This document shows, piece after piece, positions 42,188 through 54,087 of a stretch of DNA of 64,000 bases. The position numbers and the translations under genes were made by a program. The notes below the pieces were generated by a model, which worked only from the letters and a program-made list of their open reading frames with translations, was not told where the DNA came from and did no database searches. Origin of the DNA: Malacoraja senta (lineage: Eukaryota); assembly GCA_038087875.1 (NCBI GenBank), contig CM075997.1, positions 8,868,001-8,932,000 of the forward strand. The letters are read 5' to 3'. Position 1 is the stretch's first letter; each line of letters starts with the position of its first letter.

Positions 42188-43362
42188 TATAGTAGATATT
42201 ATTTTCTGTATTAAATGTATCTTATATAATCTGTATTTAAAAGTAGTTTAAGAAGTGTGGCCGTTCTCAGGTTACAGGCCATTTGGTTAGTCACAGACCA
42301 CATGCTTTTTCTCAGGAGATATTCTGCAATACAAAGGGCTTAGCATTGGGCTTAGCATTTACGACAGGCAATTGTTTACATTTAGAAAGTGTTGGGTGGG
42401 GGGTATATGACCTTTGTAGGTTAGATTTATGTTGTTTATATGAACTGAGGGGATTAAGATGTTGAGAAAGAATAGTGGGTCTGGAAATGTGACAATCCTT
42501 AGATAATGTTGTCAGTATGATAGCAGTCGTAAAGAGGCCCAAGAAGCGGCCCAAGGATGGGGTTGGAATGCCATCCTCCTAGAGATAACAAGAAAGGGGG
42601 AGGGAGTGTGAGATGGCCAAGGGACCATTATCGTTTGTCACCTGGGACAGTTTTATGACCCTTGCTATGCTGGCAAATTAGAAGGTATGTTTGCAGAGAT
42701 AGAGTACATTCGTGCTTTAACATTTTTAACGTAAGATAATGCTAGTTTAAAGATGATGTATAAAGAAGGTCATCTGGGAAATATAGTGTATTTTAATTGG
42801 GGAAATATTGTATTTCTATTTTACATTAGATCTTTGTGTTTGGATCTGCAGTTTAAGAAGTTACATTCTTTCCCAAAATTGTAGGTTTAATGGGAACAAG
42901 GTCTTATTATATATAAATTGGGCAACCACTGAATCACATGTAGCTTATTTTGAGGAGCGAACTTTGTGAAATAAGACCACTGTTCTTTGGATTACACGTG
43001 GTTAAAATAAAGCATTTCAGAACAAAAGAAGAAGCCACGAGGCTAGCAAGGGGCCATAAAGGGGAGTCATGTGACTTATGACTGTGGTTATTGTGGAAAA
43101 GTACTGGTAAGAGGGGCATAAGAGGAAGCGAGTGATTGGCTGTAAATAAGGGAATGCTGGCAAATGATTGGATATGGAGATAACAGAGGTGGGAGATGCG
43201 AATGTGAAAATAGTATAAAGAGTGATGATTGTTTGTAGAAGGGGTCTCCATGTGTTTTGATGATGTGGAGAACTCAATCTCTTGTTTGCAAATAAACGTT
43301 TGAACCTCTTGAAGAATTCTCCGTGTCACCTGAATTAATTTAGAGGATTGAAAACCACAACA
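42188..43362 (+). mobile_element. Probable solo LTR (1175 bp), unrelated in sequence to the provirus LTRs
   Basis: Non-coding insert flanked by a 4-bp direct repeat GACA (42184-42187 and 43363-43366). Termini are TATAGT...ACAACA (TG->TA at the 5' end). TATAAA at 43214 and AATAAA at 43291 are in U3-R-U5 order. Confidence 0.75.
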
Positions 43363-45189
43363 GACACACAATTTTTGCAAACATTTTAGAACGAAAACAC
43401 TTTTTGCAAACATTTTAGAACCAAAACTCTTTTTGCAAACATTTTAGAACCAAGACACACACTTTTTTGCAAACATTTCAGAAAAGACACACTTTCTGCA
43501 AACATTTTAGAACCAATACACACACTTTTTGCAAAGATTTCGGAACCAAGACACAATTTTTGCAAACATTTCAGAACCAAGGCACACAATTTTTGCAAAC
43601 ATTTTAGAACCAAGACACACTTTTTGCAAACATTTTAGAACCAAGACACACACTTTTTGCAAACATTTTAGAAGCAAGACACACACTTTTTGTAAACATT
43701 TTAGAAGCACGACACACACTTTTTGTAAACATTTTAGAACCACGACACACACTTTTTGTAAACATTTTAGAACCACGACACACACTTTTTGCAAAGAGTT
43801 TAGAACCAAAACACTTTTGGCGAACATTTTAGAACCAATACACTTTTTGCTAACATATTAGAACCAATACACCTTTTGCAAACATTTTAAAACCAAGACA
43901 CACACATTTTGCAAACATTTTAGAACCAAGACACACACTTTTTGAAAACATTTTAGAACCAAGACACACACATTTTGCAAACATTTTAGAACCAAGACAC
44001 ACACTTTTTGCAAACATTTTAGAACCAAGACACACACTTTTTGCAAACATTTTAGAACCAAAACTCTTTTTGCAAACATTTTAGAACCAAAACTCTTTTT
44101 GCAAACATTTTAGAACCAAAACACTTTTTGCAAGCATTTTAGAACCAAAACACTTTTTGCAAGCATTTTAGAACCAAAACACTTTTTGCAAGCATTTTAG
44201 AACCAAAACACTTTTTGCAAGCATTTTAGAACCAAAACACTTTTTGCAAGCATTTTAGAACCAAAACACTTTTTGCAAGCATTTTAGAACCAAAACACTT
44301 TTGCAAGCATTTTAGAACCAAAACACTTTTTGCAAGCATTTTAGAACCAAAACACTTTTTGCAAGCATTTTAGAACCAAAACACTTTTTGCAAGCATTTT
44401 AGAACCAAAACACTTTTTGCAAGCATTTTAGAACCAAAACACTTTTTGCAAGCATTTTAGAACCAAAACACTTTTTGCAAGCATTTTAGAACCAAAACAC
44501 TTTTTGCAAGCATTTTAGAACCAAAACACTTTTTGCAAGCATTTTAGAACCAAAACACTTTTTGCAAGCATTTTAGAACCAAAACACTTTTTGCAAGCAT
44601 TTTAGAACCAAAACACTTTTTTGCAAGCATTTTAGAACCAAAACACTTTTTTGCAAGCATTTTAGAACCAAAACACTTTTTGCAAGCATTTTAGAACCAA
44701 AACACTTTTTTGCAAGCATTTTAGAACCAAAACACTTTTTTGCAAGCATTTTAGAACCAAAACACTTTTTTGCAAGCATTTTAGAACCAAAACACTTTTT
44801 TGCAAGCATTTTAGAACCAAAACACTTTTTTGCAAGCATTTTAGAACCAAAACACTTTTTTGCAAGCATTTTAGAACCAAAACACTTTTTTGCAAGCATT
44901 TTAGAACCAAAACACTTTTTTGCAAGCATTTTAGAACCAAAACACTTTTTTGCAAGCATTTTAGAACCAAAACACTTTTTTGCAAGCATTTTAGAACCAA
45001 AACACTTTTTTGCAAGCATTTTAGAACCAAAACACTTTTTTGCAAGCATTTTAGAACCAAAACACTTTTTTGCAAGCATTTTAGAACCAAAACACGTTTT
45101 TGCAAGCATTTTAGAACCAAAACACTTTTTTGCAAGCATTTTAGAACCAAAACACTTTTTTGCAAGCATTTTAGAACCAAAACACTTTT
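43363..45189. repeat. Satellite DNA array, block 5, ending in a near-perfect 29/30-bp array
   Basis: Mixed monomers to about 44100, then (tttttgcaagcattttagaaccaaaacac)n, gaining one T from about 44600 onward. Confidence 0.96.
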
Positions 45190-45389
45190 NNNNNNNNNNN
45201 NNNNNNNNNNNNNNNNNNNNNNNNNNNNNNNNNNNNNNNNNNNNNNNNNNNNNNNNNNNNNNNNNNNNNNNNNNNNNNNNNNNNNNNNNNNNNNNNNNNN
45301 NNNNNNNNNNNNNNNNNNNNNNNNNNNNNNNNNNNNNNNNNNNNNNNNNNNNNNNNNNNNNNNNNNNNNNNNNNNNNNNNNNNNNNNNN
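45190..45389. other. Assembly gap (200 N)
   Basis: Run of exactly 200 N. True distance and adjacency across it are unknown. Confidence 0.99.
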
Positions 45390-48300
45390 TAACTTAGTTG
45401 CTGAAACCCAGGCAACATTTTAGTAAATCTCCTCTGTACTCTCTCTATTTTGTTGACATCCTTCCTATAATTAGGCGACCAAAATTGTACACCATACGCC
45501 ATAATTGGCCTCACCAAGGCCTTGTACAATTTTAACTTTACATCCCAACTCCTATATTCAATTCTCTGATTTATAAAGGCCAGCACACCAAAAGCTTTCT
45601 TTACCACCCTATCTACATGAGTTCCACCTTCAGGGAACTATGCACAGTTATTCCTAGATCCCTCTGTTCAACTGCATTCCTCAATTCCCTACCATTTACC
45701 ATGCACTTCCTATTTTGATTTGTCCTGCCAAGATGTAGCACCTCACATTTATCAGCATTAAACTCAATCTGCCATCTTTCAGCCCACTCATCCCAAATGG
45801 CCTAAATCTCTCTGTAGACTTTGAAAATCTACTTCATTATCCACAACACCGCCTATCTTAGTATCATATGCATACTTACTAATCCAATTTTCCACACCAT
45901 CATCCAGATCATTGAAGTACATGACAAACAACAGTGGACCCAACACAGACACCTGAGGCACCCCACTAGTCACCGGCCTCCATCCTGACAAACAGCCATC
46001 CACCATTACTCTCTGGCCTCTCCCATTCAGCAACTGTTGAATCCATCTTGCTACTCCACCATTAATACCCAACAATTTAATCTTCTTAACCAACCTTCCA
46101 TGAGGAACCTTGTCAAAGGCCTTACCGAAGTCCATATAGACAACATCCACTGATTTACCCTCATCAATTTCCCTAGTAACCTCTTCGAAAAATTCTAGAA
46201 GATTAGTCAAACATGACCTTCCAGGCAAAAATCCATGTCGACTGTTCCTAATCAGACCCTGCTTACCAGATGCTTATATATATTATGTTTAAGTATCCTT
46301 TCCATTAATTTGCCCACCACTGACGTCAAACTAACAGGTCTATAATTGCTAGGTTTACTCTTAGAACCCTTTTTAAACAACGGAACAACATGCGCAGTAC
46401 GCCAATCCTCCGGCACTGTTCCCGTTTCTAATGACATGTGAAATATTTCTGTCATAGCCCCTGCTATTTCTACACTAACTTCCCTCAATGTCATCGGGAA
46501 TATCCTGTCAGGACCTGGAGACTTATCCGTTTTCAGATTTTTCAAAAGTGTCCGCACCTCCTCTTCTTTGAATCTTATAGTCTCCATTGCTACTCTGCTT
46601 GTTTCCCTTACCTCACATAATTCCATATCCTTCTCCTTGGTGAATACCGAAGAAAAGAAATTGTTCAATATCTCCCCCATCTCTTTTGGCTCTGCAGATA
46701 GCTGTCCACTCTGACTCTCTAATGGACCAATTTTATTCCTTGTTATCCTTCTGCTATTAATATACCTGTAGAAACCCTTTGGATTTACTTTCACCTTACT
46801 TGCCAAAGCAACCTCATATCTTCTTTTAGCTTTTCTAATTTCTTTCTTAATATTCTTTTTACATTCTTTATAATAATAATAATCATAATTAAAAACTTTT
46901 ATCGGCGCCTTTCAAAAGTCTCAAGGACACCTTACAAAGTTTAACAAAGTGTAGAAACATGTAAGCGGAATGAAATAAATAGTAAAGACATCACGAGTAC
47001 ACAAATTAAAGCCAGAATTCAATCCAAAAACAAAAATCAAAAACACAATATGGAAGAGAGAGCAGCGGCTGCTAAAGCGCGTCAGCGTCCACTCTCCCCT
47101 CCGGCAGCCATCTAGGACACAAAATAAAATATCATTTACAGACAAAAATCATCCCCCCACAATGATTACCACTGTGAGGGAAGGCACAATGTCCAGTCCC
47201 CAACCCCAGTTTACCCAAAGTCAGGCCTATTGAGGCCTCCACAGTTGCCTCTACGGAGGCCCGATGTTCCTGGCCGTTCACACCGGGTGTTGTTGCCCGG
47301 GCGTCGGGAGAGTCCTCGCAGCGGCTGGGCCACCTGGAACGGTCGATTTCCTACCGGAATCCGTGGCACCAGAAGCCAACAAGGCCGCGCCGATTTGGAG
47401 CTCCGAGGCTCCCGATGTTAGGGTCGGCGCCGCCGCCCGCGGCTGGCCGCTCTGCAGTCCCGCAGCCCGGAGGTGTTGAGCTCGGCGGTGACAACTCACC
47501 GGAGCTCCAGCGCGGCGACCCAGGCAAAGCATCGCCCGCTCCGCTACGCGATAGCGCTCCAGCGCTGTGCCGCCACCGAAGCTGAAGGTGCTGGGCAGTC
47601 CCCGCCAGGAAACGCTGCTCCACGCCGCTCCACGCCGCTCCACGCCCGCTGGTAGGCCGCAAGGTCGGGTCGACGGGGAAGCCCGGAGAAAAAGCTGCCT
47701 CACCGACCAGGTAGGGACCTAGAAAATAGTTTCCCCTTACCCCCCCACATTAAAAGTCAAAAATCCCCAAGAGACATAGACAGGAAAAACTAAAAACTAA
47801 GTAAAAAAAGTGAATTGAACCAGCAGCCGTTCCCCAAGATAGCTCCTCCTCCTTATACACCTCAAGCACCTCATTTACTCCATGCTGCCTATAATTATTG
47901 TAGATCTCTCTCTTTTTCCGAACCAAGTGTCCAATTTCCCTTGAAAACCATGGCTCTTTCCAATTTTTACTATTTCCTTTCAACCGAACAGGGACATAAA
48001 GATTATCTACTCTTAAAATACACCTTTAAATGTCCTCCATTTCTCTTCTACATCCTTCCCATAAAACAACATGTCCCAATTCACTCCTTTTAAATCCTTT
48101 CGCATCTCATCAAAGTTAGCCTTTCTCCAATCAAAAATCTCAACCCTAGGTCCAGTTCTGACCATCTCCATAATTATATTGAAACTAATGGTATTGTGAT
48201 CACTGGACCCGAAGTGCTCCCCAACGCTTACCTCCGCCACCTGCCCTGTCTCATTTCCTAACAGGAGGTCCAGCACTGCCCATTCTCTAGTAGGTACCTC

Positions 48301-48970
48301 TATGTATTGCTGCAAAAAACTACCCTGCACACATTTTACAAACTCCAAACCATCCAGCCCTTTTACAGAATGTGTTTCCCAGTCTATGTGTGGAAAATTG
48401 AAATCTCCCGCAATCACTACCTTGTGCTTACTACTAATATCTGCTATCTCCTTACATATTTGCTCTTCCAATTCTCGCTCACCATTTGGCGGTCTATTAT
48501 ACACCCTTATAAGTGTTGCTACACTTTTCCCATTTCTCAGCTCGACCCAAGTAGCCTCCCTAGACGAGCCCTCTAATCTATCCTGCCAAAGCACTGCTGT
48601 AATATCTTCCTTGACAAGCAATGCAACACCCCCACCTCTTGTCCCTCCAATTCTATCACCCCTGAAGCAACGAAATCCTGGAATATTTAGTTTCCAATCA
48701 CAGCCCTCCTGCAACCATGTTTCACTGATCGCCACAACATCATACTTCCAGGTGTCAATCCAGACTCTAAGCTCATCCACCTTTCTTACAATGCTCCTAG
48801 CATAAAAATATACACATTTAAGAAACCCACCACCACTTATTCTCTGTTTATTATCTTTTTCTTATTTCTCCCCTACATTTTGGGTCCGAGTGCTTCCCTT
48901 CTCTGCCTCCTGCCTCCCACATTTTCTACCATCTTTCTCTATTTGAGTCCCTCCCCGCAACCGTTCTAGT
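45390..48970 (-). mobile_element. CR1-clade LINE (second subfamily), decayed ORF2 with endonuclease and RT, split by a nested insertion
   Basis: Endonuclease ISETWL, GGGVALLV, GDFNFP, LDLLL, SDHN (48013..48780). RT KSPGPD, NYRPVSLTS, MDFGKAFDKV, SGVPQ (45788..46806). The 3' end is lost in the gap. Confidence 0.92.
46873..47852 (-). mobile_element. GC-rich non-coding retroposon (element A) with an L2-like 3' tail, nested in the CR1
   Basis: Interrupts the CR1 at a ttata direct repeat (46868-46872 and 47853-47857). Its minus-strand 3' end reads tgtaaggtgtccttgagacttttgaaaggcgccg... followed by (ATT)n. CpG-rich body with no credible ORF. Confidence 0.72.
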
Positions 48971-49135
48971 TGGTCCTTTCTATAGGGAGGTTGCTATGGG
49001 GAGGTTGCAAGGCAGTCGGGACACGATCCTTGACCCATACTGTTGCCACGCTACGCCAACTGGATTACACGCGATGAATTGCAGGTAAGCACTGACCATT
49101 GTTTCCAGCGTAGAGGGCCCGTTAAAACACGCCGA

Positions 49136-49350
49136 ATGGTCAATTTTTGCGCTGTAAATAATTATGGAAATCAGGATAAGCGTGAGAGACATTTATGCTC
49201 CTTCAGAATTCCAAACGTGAGCAGAAATGACGGTAGATAGAAACGACAGCTGAAGGGACAACAACAGCTAAATGGCTTGGCGAACGTTGGCCACGCAAAT
49301 ATCGAGATTGAAAATATTGGGAATTATCGCATTACTGCATTTCATCAACA
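49136..49350 (+). pseudogene. THAP zinc-finger exon remnant, probably from a DNA transposon
   Basis: MVNFCAVNNYGN...SFRIP, then a decayed WLA...R...HFIN segment, followed by the splice-donor-like gtaagg at 49351. Matches the THAP pattern MxxxCxxxxC...FxxP...W...CxxHF with stops and frameshifts. Confidence 0.6.
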
Positions 49351-49499
49351 GTAAGGCATTATTTCTATTTTTTCTTGATTCCTTCGGCATCTAAAATGTT
49401 TCAGAAGTGATAAATCTGTCTGTAAATTTTTGAAATCGCCCATGCTTCTCAAGTGGGTTTTTACACACAAAAAGAAACCCTCTGAAGCAAAATTTAACA

Positions 49500-50690
49500 A
49501 AACACAAAAGTACACTCATAAAAACTTGAATAAATTGAAAATTACATGAATCAAAACCAATTTTGGGATATGTGGAATAACCTGAGCACAACAAAACTAC
49601 AATCATTACCAATTCAAGACGGTGATATCTGGAGAGCTCATTTCAAAAATCTATATTAAGACATCCCAATAAATAAAATAAACTTAAATTATTCTCATAT
49701 CAAAGAAAAACTCCAAACGCTAGAAACAATAATTAAAGATTATCAAAACCCTCTTGATTTCCCAATTACTTTGGAAGAGTTGACCATAAAAATAAAATAT
49801 CTTCACTCAAAGAAAGCCTGTGGTCCAGACAGCATTAAAAATGAAACGCTCAAATACAGCACTCCGGAGATGCAGGACAGTGCTTAGACTGTTCAACATC
49901 ATACTACGTTCATGTTATTTCCCTGATATTTGGTGTCAAGGGCTTATTTCACCCATTTATAAGAGTGGAAACAAATTAGACCAAAATTATTATCGTGACA
50001 TTTGTGTCAGTAGCTGCCTATGGAAGTTATTCTGTAGTATCATAAATAACAGAATACAGGATTTCCTTAACAAATACAACATTCTCAGTAAAAACCAAAT
50101 TAGCTTCCTCTCAAAACACCGTACCACTGACCACATTTATACCCTCCACACTCTCATTGAAAAACATATACACCAAGCAAAAAATTGAAAAACATTTGCC
50201 TGTTTGATACACTTTGAGAAAGCATTTGACTCTATTTGGCACGAAGGGCTGTATTACAAACTCCTATGTTGTGGTATTGGAGGAAATGTATATGACCTCA
50301 TTAAATCAATGTATCTGAATAATAATTGTGGCGTTAAAATTGGGGACAAACGAACTGATCTCTTCACCCAGAGAAGAGGCATCAGGCAAGGCTGCAATCT
50401 GAGCCCGACACTGTTTAATGTAGAAATCAACGATTTGGCAGTAAGGTTGGACCAGAGCACAGCGCCGGGCCTCTGTCTTCTGGACGGAGAGGTAATATCC
50501 CTGTTTTATGCGGATGACTTGGTTCTGCTGTCCCCCACAGAACAGGGACTGCAGCAACAGTTGGACCTACTTGATGATTACTGCCAACATTGGGCCCTGG
50601 CAATAAATCTAAAGAAAACAAACATCATGGTTTTTCAGATAAGACCCAGATGTCAGGAAGATAAATACCAATTTACTCTCAATGGTATCG
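49500..50690 (+). mobile_element. Decayed non-LTR retrotransposon RT fragment (RTE-X-like; clade tentative)
   Basis: FPDIWCQGLISPIYKSG, RTTDHIYTLHTLI, FEKAFDSIWH, GIRQGCNLSPTLFN, FYADDLVLLS; stops and frameshifts present. Confidence 0.75.
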
Positions 50691-52530
50691 AACACAAAAG
50701 TGGATTCCTTAGAGTCAAAGGCAGGTTAATTTATAATGGGAAACAAGGAAATGGCAGAACAGTTAAACGAATACTTTGATTCTGTCTAGACTGAGAAAGA
50801 CACAAACAATCTCCAGGAAATACTACGGGACCGAGGATGTAGTGTGAGAGAGGAACGGAAGGTAATCAACGTTAGTCAGAAAACGGTGTTCGGTAAAATG
50901 TTGGGACTGATGGCAGATGAAGCGTGGATACATAGGTGATCATTTTCAAATGTTCTCTCGACTCTGGATCATCCAATGTAACCACTTTTTAAGAAAGGAG
51001 TGAAACGGGGAAATATAGACAAGTTAGCCTTATATCGGTAGTGGGGAAGATGACGGAGTCGATCAATAAATATGTTATAGCAGCGCATTTGAAAAGCCAT
51101 GACAGGATCGTTCAAATTCAGCATGGATTCATGAAGGGTCATGCTTGACAATATTTTTGGTTTTTTTTTGACAATGTATCAAGTAGAATGGATAAAGGAG
51201 AGCCAGTGGGTATGGTAAATCGGGTATTTCTAAAAGCCTTTGACAAGGTTCCACACAAGTGATTAGTGCGAGTGGGCAGAAGCATAGCAGATGCAGTATA
51301 ATGTGGATAAATGTTAGGTTACCCACTTTGGTGGCAAGAACAGGAAAGTAGATTGTTATCTGAATGGCGTCAGATTAGGAGAAGGGGAGGTGCTACGAGA
51401 CGTGGGTGTGCTTGTGCATCAGTCACTGAAAGTAAGCATGCAGGTACAGCAGAAAGCAAATTACATGTTGGCCTTCATTGAGAGAGGATTTGAGATTAGG
51501 AACAAGAAAGTCCTACTGCAGTTGCACAAGGCCCTGATGAGACCGCACCTGGTAAATAATGTGCAATTCTGGTCTCCTAATTGGACAAAGATCATTATTG
51601 CTATTGATGAAGTACAACGTGGGTTCTTCAGGTTAATTCCCAGGACGGCGGTTCAATAGAAAATAGGCGTGATTCACTGTGATAATAGCTGTTCATACAC
51701 ATCCTGCCTTCACCCCAAATTACTTGAAAGCATCCAGAGAATCGGCTTCCACTGCAATCTGAGGCTGAGAATTACACAGACTCACAACTCTGGATGACAA
51801 CGTTTTTCCTTATCTCCGTTATAAATGGCCTACCCCTTATACTTAATCTGTGGCCCCTGGTTCTGGACTCCCCCAGCATCGGGAACATGTTTCCTGCCTC
51901 TAGCGTGTCCAATCCCTTAATAATCACATGTTTCAATGAGGTACCCCCTCATCCTAACTTCAAATTGCTCCTATACTCAACTCCTCTTGTTATGAAGCCA
52001 CCTTGTTAGTTGATTTCTTCATTGCCTGTTGTAGCTGCATGCTTACATTCAGTGACTACTGCACATGGACACCCAGATCGCGTTGTACGTCCCCGACATA
52101 TGATGAAATGAAGTGTCGGCAGGGCTTGTGTTCGCTGGAATTTAGAAGGATGAGAGTGGATCGTTGTGAAATATATAAAATACTTAGAGGATTGGATAGG
52201 GGTAGATGCAGGAAACATGTTCCCAATATTGTGGTGTCCAGAACCAGGGGTCACAGTTTAAGAATTTTAGACTGAGGTGAGGATAAACTTTTTCACCCAG
52301 AGTGTTGTGAATCTGTGGACTTCCCTGCAGAGGCCTATTCACTTAATGTTTTCAACAGAGAATTAGGTTTGGGTTTTGTGCTACGGGAATCAAGGGAAAT
52401 GGGTAAAAAACCGGAACGGTGTACTGATTTTGGATGATCAGCCATGATGATATTGAATTGCGGTGCTGGGTCGAAGGGCCAAATGGTGTACCCCTGCACC
52501 TATTTTCTATGTTTCTATGTTTCTCGGTTT
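50691..52530. mobile_element. Mosaic of old CR1 fragments in both orientations
   Basis: Degenerate CR1 ORF2 pieces (VQFWSP, SLEFRRMR, TRGHSLRI) and a tttctatg tail at about 52500-52530. Confidence 0.75.
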
Positions 52531-53099
52531 CTAAAGGAGACACGAGTTCGTTTTTAGAAATAATGCAGGGAGTTGAGGGACAATAATTATGAGCAAGCAG
52601 ATAATGTTTGGTCTGGGCATCGTGTTCAGCACGCGAAGTTTGGGCCGAGATGCTCGTTCAGTTTTGGAGTGTCCCATGTCTAATGGACCGGAAGTTGATG
52701 GTCGCGAAGTTAATAGCTCACCAAAGGAGGTAGCATAATTAGATAAGGCTGGTACAGAAGACTTTTGGATGCTTAGGGCATTAAATAGTAGTATCCGTAA
52801 ATCACAATACAGCTTCATATGGCTTTTGTAAGGCCACATTCTGAGAATTGTCTCATTACACAGAAGTTGCGGTACCAGAATGCTGCGTGGATTTGATGAG
52901 TTCAGCTGTTGGGAGAGTTGGGTAGAATCCGTACACCTAGTTAAAAGTGTCTTGACGATTCTATCACATCTTACATCGATGTCCCGGCGCAGGCTATCTT
53001 CTATATAAAAATAACTTGATTCGTGCATATAATTTATACTTAACAATTCCGAGCTCTAAACCATGCTTTCCAGTCTTTGGCATTACTACTCAAAGTAAA

Positions 53100-53235
53100 A
53101 GGTTGTCACTGTCTAATCCAGGGAGCAATCTGGACCTACAAAGTGTAAAGCACTTTGGTTTCAAGTGATTTGATTGAAAAGTGCTATATAAATACAAATA
53201 TTATTATTATTATTATTAATATTATATTAATATTA
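53100..53235 (+). mobile_element. L2-type LINE/SINE 3' tail fragment
   Basis: gtgtaaagcactttgg...gaaaagtgctatataaat followed by (ATT)n. Confidence 0.5.
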
Positions 53236-53377
53236 TACTCCAAATCCTCCACATCCATCCAGTAAAGCCGTGACCAGATATGCGCACAACGTTTGAAATG
53301 CGTTTCGATTGCATTTACTTATCTTGCTACTTTTTGGAAGCTGTGGAGCTGGACAACGAGAACGGTTCTCCTGCCAT

Positions 53378-54006
53378 GATTTCAGTATAGGAGCTTCTGT
53401 AGTTATATAGGGCACTGGTGAGACCACATCTGGAGTATTGTGTACAGTTTTGGTCTCCTAATTTGAGGAAGGACATCCTTGTGTTTGAGGCTGTGCAGCG
53501 TAGGTTCACGAGATTGATCCCTGGGATGGCGGGACTGTCATATGAGGAAAGATTGAAAAGACTTGGCTTGTATTCACTCTAGTTTAGAAGGATGAGGTTT
53601 TTTTTTTATAGAAACATATACAATTATAAAAGGACTGGACAAGCTAGATGCAGGAAAAATGTTCCCAATGTTGGGCGAGTCCAGAACCAGGGGCCACAGT
53701 CTTAGAATAAAGGGGAGGTCATTTGAGACTGAGGTGAGAAAAAACATTTTCACCCAGAGAGTTGTGAATTTATGGAATTCCCTGCCATAGAGGGCAGTGG
53801 AGGCCAAATCACTGGATGGATTTAAGAGAGAGTTAGATAGAGCTCTAGGGGCTAGTGGAGTCAAGGGATGTGGGGAGAAGGCAGGCACGGGTTATTGATA
53901 GGGGACGATCAGCCATGATCACAATGAATGGCGGTGCTGGCTCGACGGGCCGAATGGCCTCCTCTTGCACCTATTTTCTATGTTTCAATGTTTCTATGTT
54001 TCTATG
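53378..54006 (+). mobile_element. CR1 (HER1-like) 3' fragment
   Basis: C-terminal ORF2 and 3' UTR nearly identical to 62230-62850; (tttctatg)n tail. Confidence 0.9.
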
Positions 54007-54087
54007 AACTGAAACTTCCCCTTACTTCGGACCTCCAAGCTTGGGACACCTTTAAAAAACTGAGCGAGTTGACAGCATCAGCGGAGC

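Noticed and set aside
24046..43362. Site-specific targeting of the satellite by the inserted elements
   Set aside because: The four insertions hit different monomer positions (taaac, agaac, aacacttt, aagaca) and belong to unrelated families.
199..45180. More than a hundred Cys/Lys-rich ORFs ([11 protein letters not shown]..., [11 protein letters not shown]...)
   Set aside because: The 33-bp monomer is a multiple of 3 and stop-free in several frames, so these ORFs arise automatically. They break wherever monomer length changes and show no gene structure.
44573..45607. 344-aa ORF joining a CR1 C-terminus to repeat peptide
   Set aside because: It spans the 200-N gap and is chimeric by construction.
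47230..47703. GC-rich ORFs or a CpG-island promoter (also 59766-60326)
   Set aside because: They lie inside tailed insertions (TSD-flanked in the first case), and the ORFs simply reflect high GC content.
53233..53377. Possible continuation of the GPCR pseudogene
   Set aside because: The translation shows no convincing TM4-7 motifs.
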